A stretch of DNA of 32,000 nucleotides from Salegentibacter sp. Hel_I_6 (GTDB lineage: Bacteria > Bacteroidota > Bacteroidia > Flavobacteriales > Flavobacteriaceae): assembly GCF_000745315.1 (NCBI RefSeq), contig NZ_JQNQ01000001.1, forward strand, positions 3,135,127 through 3,167,126. Reading direction: 5' to 3'. Positions 23,714-32,000 of the stretch are shown piece by piece; position 1 is the first letter of the stretch, and each line of letters starts with the position of its first letter. The position numbers were made by a program, and so were the translations under genes. Under the pieces are notes generated by a model. That model made no database searches and was not told where the DNA came from. It saw only the letters and a program-made list of their open reading frames with translations.

Positions 23714-24777
23714 ACAGAATTTTCTTCTTTAAAATTTTGATATAAATTTACCAGTGTTGAAGCAGTTTTTACTTCATTAAAATTATCGCTTACAAGCTTT
23801 CCAATATTTTCTCCTATTTTTTCTCTTAAATCCAGATCTTCTTTAAGCTTTAGAATTGCTTCTGAAATTGATTCTGCATCTCCAGAACAAAGATAAATGT
23901 CTTCCCGGTGTGTGAAAATTTCCCTTATGGCATCAGAGTCTAAAGTAAGCACAGGTTTTGAACAGCTAGCATAATTAAAGATCTTGTTTGGAATGACTAC
24001 TTTAGATTTAAAAGTATCACCAAATATACCCAAACATAGATCAAAGGAGTTAATATGAGCGTCTAATGCTGTATAAGGTAGCTTTCCTTCAAATTTCACA
24101 TTTGTTAATTTATGGTCGTTTGCGAAATCTACCGCTTTTTTAAACTCAAAACCTTCACCAATGAGGGTGAATTCAATATTAGTTTTTTGCTTTAAAAGTT
24201 TAGCCGCTTCAAGAATCTTCAAAACTCCCTGTAATGGGATGAAATGCCCCAGAAATCCAACCCGAAAAGTATCACTTTTTACAGAATGGGATGCAGAGTT
24301 AGAAAAATCTAAAGTATTTGCTCCAACATAAAGAATTCCGGTTTTGTTTTTTTTTAGCCTATATTTTTCTAAAAAATAATCCCTGTGACTTCGGGTATCG
24401 AAAATTATAAAATCGGCTTTGCTGATGGATCTTTGATCTCTATATTTAGAACGCAAAGCTTCATAACTAATCTTACCATATAGATTATAGTCTTTTACAT
24501 TAGTCATGTATTTGGAAATAAGCGGATCAAAAACTACATCGCAGGCAGAGTTCTTTTTTACAAAACTTACCGCTTTATGGCCAAAACTTGGAACATAAGT
24601 AAAATAAGCTTTCTCGCTTAATCTTTTAATTTCATCAGCGTTTGCAGGGGTAAATTCAGAAAAATTGAATACTTCAACATCAAACCCTAATTTTTTAAGT
24701 CCGTTAAGGAGAATAAGCGTCCTGTTATACTGAGGATCGATATCTACTCCTGTAACTAGAATTGTTTGCCCGGTCAT
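23710..24777 (-). CDS. glycosyltransferase (GT-B fold, GT1/GT4-like)
   Basis: 355 aa. C-terminal VIPNKIFNYASCSKPVLTLDS resembles the GT-B donor-binding motif. Its stop codon overlaps the convergent gene's stop (TTAA at 23710-23713). Confidence 0.7.
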   Translation of the reverse strand: MTGQTILVTGVDIDPQYNRTLILLNGLKKLGFDVEVFNFSEFTPANADEIKRLSEKAYFTYVPSFGHKAVSFVKKNSACDVVFDPLISKYMTNVKDYNLYGKISYEALRSKYRDQRSISKADFIIFDTRSHRDYFLEKYRLKKNKTGILYVGANTLDFSNSASHSVKSDTFRVGFLGHFIPLQGVLKILEAAKLLKQKTNIEFTLIGEGFEFKKAVDFANDHKLTNVKFEGKLPYTALDAHINSFDLCLGIFGDTFKSKVVIPNKIFNYASCSKPVLTLDSDAIREIFTHREDIYLCSGDAESISEAILKLKEDLDLREKIGENIGKLVSDNFNEVKTASTLVNLYQNFKEENSV

Positions 24778-25850
24778 TCTACACTTTTATATACTTCCAG
24801 AGTTTTTAAGCTACCCTTTTCAATATTGAAATTTTGGACAAATTTATAGGCTTTATTTACTATTTCTTGTTTCTTTTCGGGATTTTTTAATATCAAAAGC
24901 ACTTTTTCTTTCAAGTCCTTACTATTGCCGCAATCACATAAATATCCTGTTTCTCCGTTGATAATGAGTTCTTCAGCTCCACCACTTCTGGTGGCTACTA
25001 CAGGTTTTTTAGCTACAAAAAAGTCTAGAATTGTGGTGCCAAGCCCCTCTGAGGTTGAGGTGAAGAGTAATAAGTCTACCTCGTTAATTGCAGCCTGTAT
25101 ATCTTTTATAAAACCTGTAAAGCTAAGGTTTTTGGTGATGCCTAATTTCTCGCTATAGGCCTTTAGTTCATTTTTTAACTCCCCCTCGCCAATGATTACA
25201 AAATGAACATTAAGTTCTTTTGTTTCCAAAATCTCTTTAGCCGTGTCCAGAAAGGTATAGTGATCTTTTTCTTTAGTAAGCGCGGCAATATAGCCCACGA
25301 TAAACTCTGATTTAATTCTAAAAGGTTCTCTTAAGACTGATGTAGTAAGTGTTTTACTATTTATTTCTATCAAACTTGGCACAACCACTATTTTATTGAA
25401 TGCTATGCTCTTTTTTACACTTTCTTCTACAGCCCGGGAGATACAAATTATTTTTTCAAGATGTTTTTCAGAATATTTTACGGCGGTAGTAATTTTCTTT
25501 TTAATAGGAAAAATTACACGCCGGTGTACAATAAGTTTTTGGTTGCTATTCCATATAGTTTTAGCTAGAATTCCTAAGGTATGTGCCTTAGATTCGTGGC
25601 AGTGAATAATATTATAACCTTTTTTGCTTAATCTGGTTATGGTCCTGGCCTGTGCTAGCAGAAAAAAAGGAGATCGTGGAATTGCAAGAAAATTCCAGTC
25701 CTGTTCTTGCGCATAATTTGCTAATGCACTGTTTTTTGAACAAATTAAAAGTTGGTCAATCCCCTGATTCTGTAAGCCTTTAAATAATAAGGCTACCTGC
25801 CTTTCACCGCCTCTCCAGGTCTTTGCCAGGTTTATATGAATTATCTTCAT
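24774..25850 (-). CDS. glycosyltransferase family 4
   Basis: 358 aa. NLAKTWRGGERQ N-terminus and SEGLGTTILDFFVAKKPVVATRSGGAEE motif. 4-nt overlaps with both neighbouring genes. Confidence 0.85.
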   Translation of the reverse strand: MKIIHINLAKTWRGGERQVALLFKGLQNQGIDQLLICSKNSALANYAQEQDWNFLAIPRSPFFLLAQARTITRLSKKGYNIIHCHESKAHTLGILAKTIWNSNQKLIVHRRVIFPIKKKITTAVKYSEKHLEKIICISRAVEESVKKSIAFNKIVVVPSLIEINSKTLTTSVLREPFRIKSEFIVGYIAALTKEKDHYTFLDTAKEILETKELNVHFVIIGEGELKNELKAYSEKLGITKNLSFTGFIKDIQAAINEVDLLLFTSTSEGLGTTILDFFVAKKPVVATRSGGAEELIINGETGYLCDCGNSKDLKEKVLLILKNPEKKQEIVNKAYKFVQNFNIEKGSLKTLEVYKSVE

Positions 25851-26962
25851 TTTACCAACTTTCCATAAAGAGCAATCATATTTGAAGCAATATTTTCGTC
25901 TGAAAACTTCTGAACGTAGGCGAAGGATTTTTCTGCAATTTTTTTCCGTTGATCTTCATCTTTAAGCAAGCTGCTTATGTTATCTGAAATTTCTGAAATA
26001 TTATTTGGGTCAACATACACGCTATCTGGTCCTCCGGCCTCTGGAAAACAGCCGTAATTAGTAGTTATTACCGGTGTTTTGGAATAAAGTGCTTCTATTA
26101 TTGGAATTCCGAAACCTTCAAAAAGTGAAGGATATATAAAAATTTTAGCTCCCTGGTAAAGGGCCGCGAGTTCGTAAGTTGAAAGTCCGTTTAGAAAAGT
26201 TACTTTCTTTTCCATTCCTTCTTTCTCAATATATTCTTTTATTTTTTCAGCATAAGAAGTTAGAGAACCAACTATAATAAGATGAGTATCTATATCTTTT
26301 ATGGCTTTTACAGCGGCAAAAATGTTCTTTCTGCTTTCTATGGTTCCTACATTTAATAGATAATCTTGCGGAAGCTTATATTTCTCAATTACTTTATCAA
26401 TCGCTTCGGCAGGATATAAGGTTTTGTATTCTTTCTGACAGCCCTGATAAATAACTTCAATTTTTTCAGGCGCTATTTTAAGGAAGTCTACGATATCGTC
26501 TTTGGTTTGTTGACTCACTGCTATAACCGCATCAGCTGTTTTAGCTGCATGGGTAAATTTTCTTTTATAGATTTTCTTATCAAAAAAGGAATAAAATTCA
26601 GGATAGCGTAAAAAAATTAAATCGTGTATGGTCACTACACTTTTGATATTAGTTTTATTAAGGCCCAAAGGAATTTCACCTGAAAGTCCATGAAAGATTT
26701 CAATATTATCTTTTTTAAGGTCTTTAACTATATTTCGTCTTCTCCAAAGATTATTAAGAAATCTATCCTTTGGTGTTATAGGCAATTTTTCTTCTACCGG
26801 TGAGGTTGGTTTATAAAGCTGTTTTTTTCCTGGTTTGGGATTGTATAGGTAATATTTATTTTTTGGATAAAAAGAGCTTAAAATACTAACTAAATCCCGG
26901 CTATAATTCCCCAGGCCGGTTGTATTGTGAAAAACTCTTTTTGCTTCGTAACCTATATTCAT
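25847..26962 (-). CDS. glycosyltransferase family 4/1
   Basis: 371 aa with the FEGFGIPIIEALYSKTPVITTNYGCFPE motif. Confidence 0.85.
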   Translation of the reverse strand: MNIGYEAKRVFHNTTGLGNYSRDLVSILSSFYPKNKYYLYNPKPGKKQLYKPTSPVEEKLPITPKDRFLNNLWRRRNIVKDLKKDNIEIFHGLSGEIPLGLNKTNIKSVVTIHDLIFLRYPEFYSFFDKKIYKRKFTHAAKTADAVIAVSQQTKDDIVDFLKIAPEKIEVIYQGCQKEYKTLYPAEAIDKVIEKYKLPQDYLLNVGTIESRKNIFAAVKAIKDIDTHLIIVGSLTSYAEKIKEYIEKEGMEKKVTFLNGLSTYELAALYQGAKIFIYPSLFEGFGIPIIEALYSKTPVITTNYGCFPEAGGPDSVYVDPNNISEISDNISSLLKDEDQRKKIAEKSFAYVQKFSDENIASNMIALYGKLVK

Positions 26963-27287
26963 AATTTGAAGTAGCTTTATTTAAAATCTTTACCTTCAAC
27001 TAGAAGTTGAAGCTTGCAATTTGCAAAATTTAATATAAACCCTTTTATGAAACCTTCATAGATATCGGGAAAATTTGAGAATGGTTTTTGATATTAATTT
27101 TACATAAAATACTTTTACCTCGGTAATTGAGATTTAATGCTGCGAGGCTTGTCTCTATATGTAAATTATATCTTCTTAAGTTAAAATCCTCTAGCTCATT
27201 TGAAAATTTTAATTTTCGCGAATTCAACTAACCACATTATATCTTTATTGTAAAATTAATAGTTAAAATTAAGTATTTTTGAGTCAA

Positions 27288-28115
27288 ATGCAACTAATGA
27301 ATTCCATTAATACATCGGTGATTCTAAGTACTTATAATTCAGAGTCAAGACTCAGGAAGGTGCTTTGGAGTTATTCAGTACAAACTTATAAAAATTTTGA
27401 AATTGTTATAGCCGATGATGGTTCAGGGCAGAGTACTGAGAATTTGGTGAACGAGTTTAAGAAAGAATTTAAAATGCCTTTAACTCATGTATGGCAGGAA
27501 GACCACGGATTTCAGAAATCCAAAATTTTGAATAAGGCGATTGTATCTACAAATAGTGAATATATAATTTTTAGCGATGGCGATTGCATCGCCAGATCAG
27601 ATTTTGTTGAGCAACATATAAAAAACCGAAGAAGAAATCATTTTTTAAGCGGGGGGTATAATAAACTTAATGCAAAACTATCGAGTTTAATAGAGAAGGA
27701 AGAAATTATAAATCAAAAATGTTTTGATATCAAGTGGCTTAAAAAACAAGGTTTACCAAGTTCTTTTAAAAATAATAAGATTACTTCAAAAGGTTGGAAA
27801 GCTAGATTCTTGAATAGGATTACCCCTACAATCCCTACCTGGAACGGCCATAATTCCTCAGGCTGGAAAGATGATATTTTAAAGGTGAATGGCTTTGATG
27901 AAAGAATGCAATACGGCGGACAGGATCGGGAAATGGGGGAGCGGTTAATTAATCTGGGAGTTAAAGCAATTCAAATTAGATATACTGCAATTTGTCTACA
28001 TCTGGATCATACCCGAACCTACAAAAATGAAGATTCTCTAAAAAAAAATAGAGAAATAAGGAATAAAACAAAGTCGGAAAATAAAATAAAAACTTCTTAC
28101 GGCATCAAACTTTAG
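27288..28115 (+). CDS. glycosyltransferase family 2
   Basis: VILSTYNS...EIVIADDGS...FSDGDC are GT2 (GT-A) motifs. The track start is TTG 27279. The first ATG is 27288, so the start is uncertain. Confidence 0.8.
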   Translation: MQLMNSINTSVILSTYNSESRLRKVLWSYSVQTYKNFEIVIADDGSGQSTENLVNEFKKEFKMPLTHVWQEDHGFQKSKILNKAIVSTNSEYIIFSDGDCIARSDFVEQHIKNRRRNHFLSGGYNKLNAKLSSLIEKEEIINQKCFDIKWLKKQGLPSSFKNNKITSKGWKARFLNRITPTIPTWNGHNSSGWKDDILKVNGFDERMQYGGQDREMGERLINLGVKAIQIRYTAICLHLDHTRTYKNEDSLKKNREIRNKTKSENKIKTSYGIKL

Positions 28116-29164
28116 AGGACATTTTCCTGTATAAAATTATCTATTTCAGGGATAATATATTTAGGTTCCAATTTTTGATATAATGATTTTCTTTCAGAAA
28201 AAATTTCCCTTCTGCTTTTGTCTTTATAAATTTCTGGATATAGATCCTTTACATGAATTGATCTATTTTGTTTTTCGTTCTCAAAGGTGCCCCAAAATTC
28301 CTTCGGTACAAATGGTGAAAATATAGAGAAACTAGGTTTTTTTAGAGCTTTTGCTATATGAATTGCGCCTCCTTCATTACCGATTATGGCATCACATTGA
28401 CTCATGATTTTTATAAAATCTCTAAGATTTTTAGCAACAATATCAAAATTAATATTTTTAGAGGCATTTAATTCCTTTCTTAATTGTGAAATGTACTTCT
28501 CCTGAGAAGGAGAATAATTTAAAAGGAAATTCATTTCATAATTCTCTGATAGATAATTTAATATGTGAGCCATATAATTTAATGGAAGCGACTTTTCCAT
28601 CGAACTTCCAGGAACCGCTAACATTATTGTTTTTCTTTCAGTATTCAAACTGCTTAGGGTCTTTTTTGCGGTGTCAATTTCTTCTTTTGAAAGATAAATT
28701 TTAGGATATGGGTCTATTGAAGCTTCTTTGACTATTGTTTTAATAAAACTAATTCTATCATCCACAGCTTTTCCATAGGGAGAAACTCTTCTTTCAAGAA
28801 GTTTTATTTTTGTTGTATAGGCAAATGGAATTGTAGTTTTATCGTAACCAATTCTAATTTTTGCATTACTAAACAAAGAAAATAACTGGCTTTCTAATTT
28901 TGAATAATGGTCTACCACCAAACTAAAATGCTGCTTTTTGATGAAAAGCAGCATTTTTAATAGATTAATGGGTTTCCGAACTTCTTCCTGTTTAACTTTT
29001 ATAATCTTATCAATGCTGGGATTGTTTTCCAAAACAGCTGAAGCAGAATCATAACAGAGAAAAGCAATATAAGCATTGGGAAAAGTAGTTCTCAAATTAT
29101 TCGCAATTATGGAAGCGAGAAGCACATCCCCAACCATTTTTTGCTGAATTATAAGTATTTTCAT
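28112..29164 (-). CDS. glycosyltransferase family 9 (heptosyltransferase-like)
   Basis: 350 aa. MKILIIQQKMVGDVLLAS N-terminus and C-terminal IIGNEGGAIHIAKALKKP are typical of GT9. Confidence 0.8.
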   Translation of the reverse strand: MKILIIQQKMVGDVLLASIIANNLRTTFPNAYIAFLCYDSASAVLENNPSIDKIIKVKQEEVRKPINLLKMLLFIKKQHFSLVVDHYSKLESQLFSLFSNAKIRIGYDKTTIPFAYTTKIKLLERRVSPYGKAVDDRISFIKTIVKEASIDPYPKIYLSKEEIDTAKKTLSSLNTERKTIMLAVPGSSMEKSLPLNYMAHILNYLSENYEMNFLLNYSPSQEKYISQLRKELNASKNINFDIVAKNLRDFIKIMSQCDAIIGNEGGAIHIAKALKKPSFSIFSPFVPKEFWGTFENEKQNRSIHVKDLYPEIYKDKSRREIFSERKSLYQKLEPKYIIPEIDNFIQENVL

Positions 29165-29255
29165 AGACCCCTATCGCCCTCTCCAAAGTAGAGGATTTAA
29201 TTTTTATCACTTTCTTTAATACTTCCTGATCTTTTTAGAATAAAAAGTTTTAATT

Positions 29256-29268
29256 CCCCCTTCGGGGG
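29256..29268 (-). terminator. hairpin ccccc-ttc-ggggg downstream of dapD (weak terminator candidate)
   Basis: GC-only 5-bp stem 10 nt after the dapD stop. The U-run on the minus strand begins only about 12 nt later, so it is not canonical. Confidence 0.3.
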
Positions 29269-29277
29269 TTAGGGGGC

Positions 29278-30093
29278 TTACACGGCTACATTGTATTCGC
29301 GTAATGCATCATTTAAAGAAGTCTTTTTGTTGGTAGACTCTTTACGTTTTCCAATAATTAATGCACAGGGTACATTGTATTCTCCGGCAGGGAATTTCTT
29401 GGTGTAACTTCCAGGGATCACTACCGATCTTGCTGGTACAATTCCTTTCATTTCTTTTGGTTCGTCGCCGGTAACATCTATAATTTTAGTTGAAGCGGTA
29501 AGCACTACATTAGCGCCCAAAACAGCTTCTTTTTCAACTTTAACGCCTTCCACCACGATACTTCTTGATCCCAGAAATGCGTTATCTTCTATAATTACTG
29601 GAGAAGCTTGCAAAGGTTCTAATACCCCGCCAATTCCTACTCCGCCACTAAGGTGAACGTTTTTGCCAATTTGTGCACAGCTTCCTACTGTGGCCCAGGT
29701 ATCTACCATAGTGCCTTCATCTACATAGGCGCCAATATTCACATAGCTTGGCATCATAATTACGCCGCTGGAAATATAAGCCCCGTGCCTTGCGACTGCA
29801 TTGGGAACTACACGAATTCCTTTTTCTTTATAACCTTTTTTCAACGGAATTTTATCGTGATATTCAAAAATTCCCGCTTCTAAAGTTTCCATTTGTTGGA
29901 TAGGGAAATAAAGCACTACGCCTTTTTTCACCCATTCGTTTACCTGCCATCCATTCTCGGTAGGTTCGGCAGTTCTTAATTTTCCCGAATCCAAAAGTGA
30001 GATAACTTCACGTATAGCTTTTATGGTTTCTGTATCTTTTAGTAATTCCCGGTTTTCCCAGGCTTCATTGATCTTAGCTTCTAAATGATCCAT
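29278..30093 (-). CDS. dapD: 2,3,4,5-tetrahydropyridine-2,6-dicarboxylate N-succinyltransferase
   Basis: 271 aa. Left-handed beta-helix hexapeptide repeats (GAYVDEGTMVDTWATVGSCAQIGKNVHLSGGVGIGG) after a DapD-type N-terminal domain. Confidence 0.9.
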   Translation of the reverse strand: MDHLEAKINEAWENRELLKDTETIKAIREVISLLDSGKLRTAEPTENGWQVNEWVKKGVVLYFPIQQMETLEAGIFEYHDKIPLKKGYKEKGIRVVPNAVARHGAYISSGVIMMPSYVNIGAYVDEGTMVDTWATVGSCAQIGKNVHLSGGVGIGGVLEPLQASPVIIEDNAFLGSRSIVVEGVKVEKEAVLGANVVLTASTKIIDVTGDEPKEMKGIVPARSVVIPGSYTKKFPAGEYNVPCALIIGKRKESTNKKTSLNDALREYNVAV

Positions 30094-30134
30094 TTTTTTT
30101 GATTTTTAGCAAATATAATAGCTTAAGGCTAATT

Positions 30135-30167
30135 TTTGGTGGTAAAGCAATATAAACCTTACCTTTG
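30135..30167 (+). promoter_or_regulatory. candidate ruvX promoter
   Basis: TTTG (30135-30138), then 21 nt, then TAccTTTG (30160-30167). This fits the Bacteroidetes -33/-7 consensus and lies 15 nt upstream of the ATG at 30182. Confidence 0.5.
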
Positions 30168-30181
30168 CGCAAATTTTGAAG

Positions 30182-30589
30182 ATGGCACGAATTATGGCAC
30201 TTGATTTTGGGACAAAACGCACCGGTATTGCCGTTAGCGATGAGCTCAAAATGATTGCTTCAGGATTAACTACCGTTAAAACACCAGAGCTTCTGGATTT
30301 TCTTGAAAAATATTTTAAAGAGGAAAATGTTGAATTGGTGCTGGTAGGAGAACCTAAACAAAAAGACGATGCGGCTTCACCCGTTGAAGTCTATATCCTG
30401 CAGTTTTTAAAAATTTTTATTAAAAAGTTTCCTGAAATGCCGCTTAAAAGAATTGATGAAAGGTTCACTTCAAAAATGGCTTTTCAGTCTATGATAGACA
30501 GCGGACTTAAAAAAAAGAAACGCAGAGATAAAGCACTTATAGATGAAATTAGCGCGACTATTATTCTGCAATCTTATTTATACGAGTAG
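30182..30589 (+). CDS. ruvX: Holliday junction resolvase-like protein RuvX (YqgF)
   Basis: ALDFGTKRTGIAVSD N-terminal motif. The track start is TTG 30176; I prefer the ATG at 30182 (MARIMALDFG...). Confidence 0.9.
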   Translation: MARIMALDFGTKRTGIAVSDELKMIASGLTTVKTPELLDFLEKYFKEENVELVLVGEPKQKDDAASPVEVYILQFLKIFIKKFPEMPLKRIDERFTSKMAFQSMIDSGLKKKKRRDKALIDEISATIILQSYLYE

Positions 30590-30643
30590 CCATAAAATGT
30601 ATAATATATATTGAATAATGTATAATTTCAGTTGTTTGAAATC

Positions 30644-31006
30644 ATGAAAACTGACTTAATTAAACGTTCCAATGTTTTTGCGCATAAATGTGTGAAACTA
30701 GCAATAAATCTTCCAAAAAATAAATTAGGAGGCCATATTGAGGGTCAGTTAATTAGATGTAGTACTTCTGTTGCAGCGAATTACAGGGCCGCATGTTTAG
30801 GGCAATCAAAAAAAGCTTTTATTTCAAAATTGGGAATAGTAATTGAAGAAGCTGATGAATGTATTTTCTGGATAGAATTCGCGAAGGATGAAGATCTGCT
30901 AAATGAGAAAGATTCAAAAGAATTGATAATTGAAGCCAAAGAGTTGACATCGATCTTTATCGCGTCTAGAATCACCGCGGTAAGAAACCAAAATTCCGGA
31001 AAATAA
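30644..31006 (+). CDS. four-helix-bundle protein (formerly 23S rRNA intervening-sequence protein family)
   Basis: QLIRCSTSVAANYRAA...SKKAFISKLGIVIEEADECIFWIEF matches the family pattern (QL.RS..SI.AN..E......DF..K......E..E...W). The track start is TTG 30632; the ATG at 30644 is preferred. Confidence 0.8.
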   Translation: MKTDLIKRSNVFAHKCVKLAINLPKNKLGGHIEGQLIRCSTSVAANYRAACLGQSKKAFISKLGIVIEEADECIFWIEFAKDEDLLNEKDSKELIIEAKELTSIFIASRITAVRNQNSGK

Positions 31007-31047
31007 TATTATAAATTATTCATTATAAAATATAAATTCTAAGAAGA

Positions 31048-31638
31048 ATGATTTTACCAATTGTAGCCTACGGGGATCCGGTTTTACGAAAAAAATGTAA
31101 AGAAATTCCGCAAGATTATCCAAAACTGGATGAATTGATAGAAAACATGTGGGAAACCATGTATAATGCATTTGGAGTTGGTTTAGCCGCGCCACAAATT
31201 GGTCGCCCAATTCGGTTGTTTCTTGTAGATTCAAGCCCTTTTGCTGAAGACGAGGAGTTAGAACTTCAGGAACGTGAAGAACTTAAGAAGTTAAAAAAGG
31301 TTTTTATCAATCCCAAGATTATTGAAGAGGAAGGCGACGAATGGGCTTTTAATGAAGGCTGTTTAAGTATACCTGATGTTAGGGAAGATGTATTTAGAAA
31401 ACCACAGATTCTTATTGAATACCAGGATGAAAATTTTAAAGCACATCGCGAGACTTTTACCGGTTTAGCCGCCAGGGTAATTCAGCACGAATATGACCAT
31501 ATTGAAGGAATTTTATTTACTGATAAACTATCCAGCCTTAAAAAGCGTTTGCTAAAAGGAAAACTTGGTGGGATTTCAAAAGGAAAGGTGAAGATCGAAT
31601 ATAAAATGCGTTTTCCTGAAATGAAAAAAGGGCGCTAA
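31048..31638 (+). CDS. def: peptide deformylase
   Basis: The three deformylase motifs GVGLAAPQIG, EGCLSIP and QHEYDHIEG. Confidence 0.95.
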   Translation: MILPIVAYGDPVLRKKCKEIPQDYPKLDELIENMWETMYNAFGVGLAAPQIGRPIRLFLVDSSPFAEDEELELQEREELKKLKKVFINPKIIEEEGDEWAFNEGCLSIPDVREDVFRKPQILIEYQDENFKAHRETFTGLAARVIQHEYDHIEGILFTDKLSSLKKRLLKGKLGGISKGKVKIEYKMRFPEMKKGR

Positions 31639-31656
31639 TCACTTTGATAATTAGTT

Positions 31657-31777
31657 CTGGCAGCTGATATTTGCCAGCCGAAAATTGAAACTCTCGGTAA
31701 AAAGTTCAGGAGAATTAAATAAAATAAACATATATAATTTCGAGGTAAGCCTCGGTAAATTAAACCCTCACTGAGGG
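31657..31777. repeat. three short hairpins after def (31657-31677, 31741-31754, 31765-31777)
   Basis: ctggca-gctgatatt-tgccag; cgagg-taag-cctcg; ccctc-act-gaggg. Read directly. Confidence 0.6.
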
Positions 31778-31791
31778 ATTAAAACACTATT

Positions 31792-32000
31792 ATGGGATTA
31801 GATAAAATATTAGCGATTTCCGGAAAACCAGGATTATACGAACTAACCGCGCAAAGTCGAGGCGGCTTTATTGTTAAATCAATTCCCGATGGGAAAAAAA
31901 TGGCTGTGAATATTCGCCATAACGTGAGCCTGTTAAGCGAAATAGCTATTTATACCTATACCGAAGAAGTTCCGCTGGCGGAAATCTTTGAAAAGATTAA
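31792..32000 (+). CDS. conserved hypothetical protein, N-terminal part (runs off the right edge)
   Basis: My translation from ATG 31792: MGLDKILAISGKPGLYELTAQSRGGFIVKSIPDGKKMAVNIRHNVSLLSEIAIYTYTEEVPLAEIFEKI, open to the window end. It resembles a small protein commonly found next to def in Flavobacteriia, possibly DUF5606, from memory only. Confidence 0.6.
   Translation, partial: MGLDKILAISGKPGLYELTAQSRGGFIVKSIPDGKKMAVNIRHNVSLLSEIAIYTYTEEVPLAEIFEKI

Noticed and set aside
27045-27227. 60-aa ORF in the divergent promoter region of the glycosyltransferase cluster; also 22179-22412 and 31016-31234
   Set aside because: They are short, have no motifs, and overlap a promoter region or the 5' ends of better-supported genes on the other strand.
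1-32000. Genomic island, IS element, integron or known defence system (restriction-modification, toxin-antitoxin, CBASS and similar)
   Set aside because: No transposase, integrase, recombinase, methyltransferase, reverse transcriptase or known defence-gene motifs were recognised. Apart from the small cassettes reported above, the gene content is core metabolism, DNA repair and envelope biosynthesis.

Overview
AT-rich chromosomal window that looks like Bacteroidota, probably Flavobacteriaceae. This rests on TTTG/TAnnTTTG-type promoter boxes, GxxExxY and four-helix-bundle small genes, and the protein families present. Most of it is housekeeping. From left to right: a minus-strand trp operon (trpE-G-D-C-F-B, 1-5348); a marR-nitroreductase-yceI-yceI operon; a rhodanese gene; a secreted hypothetical protein; uvrB; an ABC-2 exporter pair; three poorly characterised genes (kinase-like, NdpA-like, pRiA4-ORF3-like); ctaA; a cca-like nucleotidyltransferase; tsaC; an eight-gene LPS-core-type glycosyltransferase/kinase cluster (21000-29164); and dapD, ruvX and def. 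No rRNA, tRNA, CRISPR array, transposase or integrase was seen. The ORF track misses four things. (1) A Trp-codon leader peptide (MKTITANTWWWKNLRQTS) followed by a perfect intrinsic terminator lies upstream of the trp operon, which is the layout of a classical attenuator. (2) A small GIY-YIG nuclease gene, flanked by roughly 40-nt direct repeats, sits between that attenuator and trpE. (3) About 20 short intergenic hairpin elements share GTCAT...ATC ends but have co-varying stems. They fill every trp intergenic junction and several other spacers, and some copies are identical at distant loci. (4) A GxxExxY (PD-(D/E)XK-type) ORF is bracketed within 2 nt of its start and stop codons by a 17-nt inverted repeat. 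The same repeat occurs elsewhere as an empty palindrome and as solo half-sites. A 9-copy heptanucleotide tandem repeat lies upstream of ctaA. My main system-level hypothesis, unproven, is that three small orphan genes (GIY-YIG, GxxExxY, four-helix bundle) are wedged into housekeeping operons and linked to the palindromic repeats. All family assignments come from reading motifs by eye; no searches were run.
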